Origin: Aureliella sp.
GTDB lineage: Bacteria > Planctomycetota > Planctomycetia > Pirellulales > Pirellulaceae
NCBI GenBank assembly: GCA_963691875.1
Contig: OY829846.1
Coordinates: 2,048,001-2,112,000, forward strand
Direction of reading: 5' to 3'
DNA length: 64,000 nt
Position 1 is the stretch's first letter. Every line of letters begins with the position of its first letter. Positions 59,134 through 64,000 of this stretch are shown in pieces. The notes beneath the pieces were generated by a model that was given only the letters and a program-made list of their open reading frames with translations, did no database searches and was not told the origin of the DNA. The position numbers and the translations under genes were made by a program.

Positions 59134-61593
59134 TCAGTAAAGTCGGATCGCAATATCACTGGCGAGAATTGTGACGCAAACCTGTGTCCAGGCCGCCAGT
59201 TCCTCTACCGCCAACTTCTCGTTTCGTTTTGCTTCGCCCAACGAAACTAGATTTTTCGCATCGTCTTTGGCTTCTTTATATCTGCTTCGCATCTGCTTCA
59301 GCAATTCATTGCAGGCCGCGCGTTCCTTCGTATTGGGACCGCGGCAAGCCAACAACTCAAACATCCGCGTGATACGACGATCGTCCTTGGATTCAGCCGC
59401 CAACAAACGCTCGGCAAACTTGCGGCTCATCTCAATTCGCTGTGTCTCATTCAACAGTCCCAGCGACTGGAGCGAAGTATTTGTTCGTGAGCGTCGGACG
59501 CAACTTGACTCGCGGTCGGGTGCATCGAACAGTGTCATCATGGGGTGCGGGCTGGTTCGTTTCCAATAGATGTACAAGCTGCGGCGGTACAGGAGATCTC
59601 CTTTGTCCTGCACGTATTGTTTGGTGTTACTTGCCGGGTGAGCCAGTGCCTTCCACATGCCTACGGGCTGATAAGGCTTCACGCCTTCGCCGCCCATATG
59701 TGGATCGAGCAAGTTGCTGGCCCACAAAGCGGTGTCGCGAATAACTTCGGCATCCATTCGATAGCTGGGGCCCCGCGCGAACAGCTTGTTTTCCGGATCG
59801 TCCAACTCGGCTCGCCAAGCAGAGCTTTGCCTAAACGTCTTACTGGTCATCATCAGCTTCAGCATGTGCTGCAAGTCCCAGTCGCTCGACTGGAGTTCCA
59901 ACGCCAACCAATCGAGTAGCTCCGGATGCGTTGGCTGTTGGCCTTGCAAACCAAAATCTTCAGGGCTGCGAACCAAGCCGTATCCAAATACACGTTGCCA
60001 AATTCGATTCACCAAGACGCGGGATGTAAGTGGATGTTCTGGCGATATCAACCACCGCGCCAAACCGAGACGATTCCTAGGAGCACCTTCCGGGAGCGTC
60101 CCCATGACTTCCGGCACGCCGGGCAGCAAGGGGGCGCCCTGCGGCTTGTCGTACTCACCACGCTGGAGCAATTTGGTCTCGCGCGGACTGGACAAGTCTT
60201 TGGCGATCAGCGTCGTGGTGTAAGTACTTTCCAGGTCGGACTGCGCCTTGGCGATCTTCTCAGCCTTTATCTGTAACAACGTATCTCGGAAAGTGCCGCG
60301 CGGATCAGCAAGTCTTGCAGCCTTCGCGGACCGACTGAGCTGTTCCCAATCGCTTGGCTTTTCAGCCAACTTCTTACCAAACTTCTTTTCCGCCGCTCGT
60401 AGCATCTTGGCCCGTTTCAACCCGAGCACAAAAGCCTCCTGCCAACCTGCTTGATCCTTGGGAGCTCGAGCCGTCGTTCCATACTCGTAGCGATTTCCAT
60501 CCATGGCGCCTTCTTCGGTGCTGTTGAAGAAGGCGAGCATCTGGTAGTACTCTGTCTGTGTTATCGGGTCGTACTTGTGCGTGTGACAGCGAGCGCAAGT
60601 CAGCGTCATGCCGAGCAGGACAGTCCCCAGTGTTTCAGTGCGATCAAAGTTGTTCTTCGCCTGAAACTCAGCCGCAATCGCACCACCTTCCGAAGTGCTC
60701 GGATTCATCCGTACAAACCCAGTAGCAACATGTTGCTCCAGCGTAGGGTCGGGCAACAGATCGCCAGCAAGTTGCCAAAGAATGAAGTCGTCGAGCGGTA
60801 GATTCCTATTCATCGCTCGTACCACCCAGTCGCGATACGGATAAATTCCTCGGCGATTGTCCAAGTGCAGCCCGTGGGTGTCACCATAGCGAACAGCGTC
60901 GAGCCAGAAACGAGCTTGATGCTCCCCGTAACGCGGTGACGTGAAAAGTTTCTCAAGGTAAGTTTCGTAAGCTTCTGGTGAGCCGTCTTTCATAAATGCC
61001 GCTAACACCTCAGGTTCGGGTGGCAGTCCGGTAAGCGTAAATGCGGCACGTCGAGCAAGCGTGGCTTTGTCCGCTTTGGGCGCAAATTTGATATTCGCGG
61101 CAGAAAATTCTCGCTCGATAAAGCCGTCAATGTTCCGAGGAGCCTCAGGCCCCTGCGATCTGGTCGGTTTCACAAACGCCCAGTGCTTGGCATAGCTTCC
61201 TCCGCCCGCGATCCAGTTCGACAAAATCTCTCTCTCGGATTCTGTCATCTGTTTTTCTGCGTCAACGGGAGGCATCGGATCATCTGCAGAGTGAATACGA
61301 TCGAGTAGGGCGCTTTCCGTTGGCGTATTGGGATTCACCGCTAAGTAACCTCCCAAATCCTTGGTTGCTCCCTCGAAGGAATCGAGTCGAACTAGATCCT
61401 TGTCGTAGGCATCGGGGCCATGGCAGAGAAAGCACTTGTCTGACAATATCGGAAGAACTTCGCGGGCAAAATCCACCGTCTGCTTCTCTGCTTCCTGCGT
61501 TGCGGCTTTCTGAGCTGCGGCAGGACCAGCAATGAGCAGAAAAATCGAACTGGCGAAAATCAAACTGGCAGATGGTATTGAGGTCGATCGCAT
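59134..61593 (-). CDS. PSD1 / planctomycete cytochrome c (DUF1549/DUF1553) protein
   Basis: CFLCH and CARCH heme motifs; HWAF; YGE..A..WLD; HPELLDWLA; RRSLY; FDAP. Confidence 0.95.
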   Translation of the reverse strand: MRSTSIPSASLIFASSIFLLIAGPAAAQKAATQEAEKQTVDFAREVLPILSDKCFLCHGPDAYDKDLVRLDSFEGATKDLGGYLAVNPNTPTESALLDRIHSADDPMPPVDAEKQMTESEREILSNWIAGGGSYAKHWAFVKPTRSQGPEAPRNIDGFIEREFSAANIKFAPKADKATLARRAAFTLTGLPPEPEVLAAFMKDGSPEAYETYLEKLFTSPRYGEHQARFWLDAVRYGDTHGLHLDNRRGIYPYRDWVVRAMNRNLPLDDFILWQLAGDLLPDPTLEQHVATGFVRMNPSTSEGGAIAAEFQAKNNFDRTETLGTVLLGMTLTCARCHTHKYDPITQTEYYQMLAFFNSTEEGAMDGNRYEYGTTARAPKDQAGWQEAFVLGLKRAKMLRAAEKKFGKKLAEKPSDWEQLSRSAKAARLADPRGTFRDTLLQIKAEKIAKAQSDLESTYTTTLIAKDLSSPRETKLLQRGEYDKPQGAPLLPGVPEVMGTLPEGAPRNRLGLARWLISPEHPLTSRVLVNRIWQRVFGYGLVRSPEDFGLQGQQPTHPELLDWLALELQSSDWDLQHMLKLMMTSKTFRQSSAWRAELDDPENKLFARGPSYRMDAEVIRDTALWASNLLDPHMGGEGVKPYQPVGMWKALAHPASNTKQYVQDKGDLLYRRSLYIYWKRTSPHPMMTLFDAPDRESSCVRRSRTNTSLQSLGLLNETQRIEMSRKFAERLLAAESKDDRRITRMFELLACRGPNTKERAACNELLKQMRSRYKEAKDDAKNLVSLGEAKRNEKLAVEELAAWTQVCVTILASDIAIRLY

Positions 61594-61725
61594 GGAACGC
61601 ACAAAAAAGAAGGCAGAATTGAAACCTGCGGCTTGGTGGACGTGGATGCCTATATTATAGATCAACGACTGCGGTGAATGCATCAAGGTTCCGGCGGACC
61701 TCGCCGGAAGTCCGGCAGCTCATGC

Positions 61726-61798
61726 GTAGTGGGATTCGCCAGAATTCCTCTTCCCCAAACCCTCATCGCCAAGAAGGAATTATGGCGAATTCCACTAA
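61726..61798. repeat. REPIN-like inverted pair of GTAG REPs
   Basis: GTAGTGGGATTCGCCAGAATTCC (61726-61748) and inverted GGAATTATGGCGAATTCCACTAA (61776-61798). Confidence 0.8.
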
Positions 61799-61810
61799 GG
61801 GGTAAATATT

Positions 61811-62989
61811 TTGCTTGGTGAAGACCAATCTGCAATTCTGCTCGGCCGAGGCAAAATTGCTGGGACGATCGTTGGCGCTGCCTGTTTCCTTGCTTTGGTA
61901 ACATTCGGGATCTTGGCAATCCAGTCTGCTCGCGAGACGGCCAGACGCATGCAGTCGTCGAACCACTTGAAGCAGATTTGCTTGGCGGCCTTGAACTACG
62001 AAAGTGCGGATCGTGTGTTGCCGATGGGAGCGGACATGGACGCTTTGGGCCCTAAGCATGGCTGGATTTACCGGATCGAGCCGTACATCGAAGCAAGTCC
62101 TCTCTACTCAATGATCGAACGAAAGCTTGCTTGGAACCATCCAAGAAACGCACAACTGTTTTCGATCAGTCGCGCTGTTTTTCTGCGGCCGGGAATTAAG
62201 TGGAAGGTAACTGGGGAGGGCTACGATCTGACTCATTACTTGGGTTGTCCAGCAGTGTTTCCGACGGACCATGCGTTGACGCTGGCAGAAGCTGCTGGCT
62301 CGCGCGGCACTTCGAATACGTGGTGCATCGCCGAGTGCTTTTCGGAATGGCAACCACGAGGCTATCCCTACAATTGTCGCGAATTGAACAAGAGTGCCCC
62401 AAAAGTTCCATCGCAGTACGTGGGAATCCTGGTCGCCATGGTCGATGGTTCTGTCCGCTTTGTCGATACATCTATTGGCAATGACGCCATCGATCTTCTG
62501 ACCATGGAGCCCAATCCCAGGGCCTTGCCACCACAGCTGCCTAGCTATGCGTACTCAGATGTCCCGCTGCGCGAAGAAGTGCTCTTTGAGCAAGATCTGG
62601 TTCGGATGAAAGGCAGCAACTGGAATGCACTTCAATTCGATCGTGATGATGTTGAAAACACTCTCGAATTTGCTGTCAAGATCTACAAGGGCAGCTGGCA
62701 ATTGCGAGCCGACTTGCTTGCCGAGCATGCTCGGCAGTATCCGCGCATTCGCAATCTTATCCTGCGCGGCGAGCTGACTGATGAAGTCATGGCTGCGATC
62801 GCGAATCTTTCGCAGCTCGAATTCTTATCCTGCACAGGCAGCCAGCTTAGTCACGAAGGTTATCGTTTATTCAATCAGCTGCCTACTTTGCGCGAAGTTT
62901 TTGGTTTGTCCGACGGTGACTTCGAGCAGATCCGGGCAGAGCGACCGGAACTAACGTTGATCGGGATTCTATCTTCAGATCAGCCTTAG
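61811..62989 (+). CDS. DUF1559-domain protein with an LRR-like C-terminal extension
   Basis: AIQSARETARRMQSSNHLKQICLA..NYES; MVDGSVRFV; C-terminal L..L.LRG..TDE..IANL..L.L. Confidence 0.8.
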   Translation: MLGEDQSAILLGRGKIAGTIVGAACFLALVTFGILAIQSARETARRMQSSNHLKQICLAALNYESADRVLPMGADMDALGPKHGWIYRIEPYIEASPLYSMIERKLAWNHPRNAQLFSISRAVFLRPGIKWKVTGEGYDLTHYLGCPAVFPTDHALTLAEAAGSRGTSNTWCIAECFSEWQPRGYPYNCRELNKSAPKVPSQYVGILVAMVDGSVRFVDTSIGNDAIDLLTMEPNPRALPPQLPSYAYSDVPLREEVLFEQDLVRMKGSNWNALQFDRDDVENTLEFAVKIYKGSWQLRADLLAEHARQYPRIRNLILRGELTDEVMAAIANLSQLEFLSCTGSQLSHEGYRLFNQLPTLREVFGLSDGDFEQIRAERPELTLIGILSSDQP

Positions 62990-62996
62990 CCGATTT

Positions 62997-63066
62997 GTAG
63001 TGGGATTCGCGAGGTTTCCTCGTTCAACCCTGCCCGCCGTTAGGGAATTCTGGCGAATCCCCCTAC
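62997..63066. repeat. REPIN-like inverted pair of GTAG REPs
   Basis: GTAGTGGGATTCGCGAGGTTTCC (62997-63019) and inverted GGAATTCTGGCGAATCCCCCTAC (63044-63066). Confidence 0.8.
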
Positions 63067-63132
63067 GAAGACTTTCTGCAAGCAATAGGCACCTTTCACT
63101 TCAAAACATCTGCGATTCTGTGGAACCTGGTT

Positions 63133-63315
63133 ATGGTACAAATCGGACTACTTATCGTGGCGTACGGCCTCGCATCAGGCGGAATCCATGAACTAAGAGG
63201 CAAAGAAGATCCGGAGAAGAAGCAAACGCCGAAAGGCGCCGCCATCGCGATGTTCGCAGTGGCTGCGTTCTTCGTAATCGGCGCAATTCTCTTGACCTCT
63301 TTCAAGTTGGGTTAG
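63133..63315 (+). CDS. Small two-TM membrane protein
   Basis: Two hydrophobic segments separated by a charged loop. Confidence 0.5.
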   Translation: MVQIGLLIVAYGLASGGIHELRGKEDPEKKQTPKGAAIAMFAVAAFFVIGAILLTSFKLG

Positions 63316-63443
63316 TGCGCTATCGTTCAGCTGGTCACTCGGCCCACTCTTGCGAAGCCTTCTCGTATGGCCACAATTGCGAATTGAATTTGATCCTTGC
63401 CCCACTGATGGGCTGGTCTCGATTTGCAATCCCAGGAAACACA

Positions 63444-63998
63444 ATGACCACTTACGACAAATCAGAACTGATTGAACTCATCAAGCAGCATGCCCTTCAG
63501 TTTGGTGACTTCACACTCGCATCGGGTAAAAAAGCTTCGTTTTACCTGGACTGTCGCAAATTGACTTTGCATCCCAAGGGAGCCAATCAGATTGGGGCTG
63601 GTATGTTGGAATTGCTTGGCAGCGAGACGCCCGATGCGGTCGGCGGCATGGCAATTGGAGCAGACCCAATCTCAGCGGCTACCATTACTTTGGCAGGTCA
63701 GCGGGACACCGATCTGTTGGGATTCATCGTTCGAAAAGAGGTGAAACAACATGGCACTGGTAGGCAAGTCGAAGGGCCGGTTGAGTCTGGGATGACGGCG
63801 GTGATCGTGGAAGACGTCGTCACCAGTGGCGGTAGTGCCTTGAAAGCCGTAGAAGCCGTTCGCGAATTCGGATTGAAGGTTGACAAGATTCAGGCAGTCG
63901 TCGATCGCTTGGAAGGTGGCCGAGAAGCCATCGAAGCAGCAGGGCTTCAGCTGGAGACTCTGACAACGATCGAAGATTTGGGAATTCAGCGCAGCTGA
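63444..63998 (+). CDS. pyrE: Orotate phosphoribosyltransferase
   Basis: FGDFTLASG, YLDCR, VRKE.K.HG, IVEDVVTSGGS, VDR.EGG. Confidence 0.96.
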   Translation: MTTYDKSELIELIKQHALQFGDFTLASGKKASFYLDCRKLTLHPKGANQIGAGMLELLGSETPDAVGGMAIGADPISAATITLAGQRDTDLLGFIVRKEVKQHGTGRQVEGPVESGMTAVIVEDVVTSGGSALKAVEAVREFGLKVDKIQAVVDRLEGGREAIEAAGLQLETLTTIEDLGIQRS

Positions 63999-64000
63999 GA

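Overview
This is a chromosomal segment from a planctomycete, probably Pirellulaceae-like. The evidence is DUF1501, PSD1/planctomycete cytochrome c, DUF1559 and DUF1580 genes, sulfatases and GTAG-type REP repeats. Bases 1-~9325 are the right arm of an integrative element at the 3' end of a tRNA-His(GUG). The element carries a tyrosine integrase, AlpA-like and DUF1580 HTH genes, a putative winged-helix protein followed by a repeat/palindrome cluster, an EVE + GP88-like fusion gene, and a type I restriction-modification operon. The operon order is hsdM, a 48-aa mini-hsdS with no target-recognition domain (TRD), hsdS, then hsdR, which runs off the left edge. The rest is mostly core or metabolic: TolC-like protein, oxidoreductases, BlaI/BlaR1, sulfatases, ppaC, deaD, GH57, Ser/Thr kinase, ABC transporter, HIT, PEP-CTERM protease, obgE, rpmA, coaX and pyrE. 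The best novelty candidates are (1) a ~420-nt intergenic region that folds by eye into a nested multibranch RNA (~18690-19110), (2) the EVE-GP88 fusion beside the RM system, (3) the in-frame, translationally coupled mini-hsdS, (4) a coupled operon of two dynamin-like GTPases, an MnmE-like GTPase and Trm112, and (5) a Cys-His-Asp peptidase-like/DUF2786 fusion. All family assignments come from motif recognition by eye; no database search was run.
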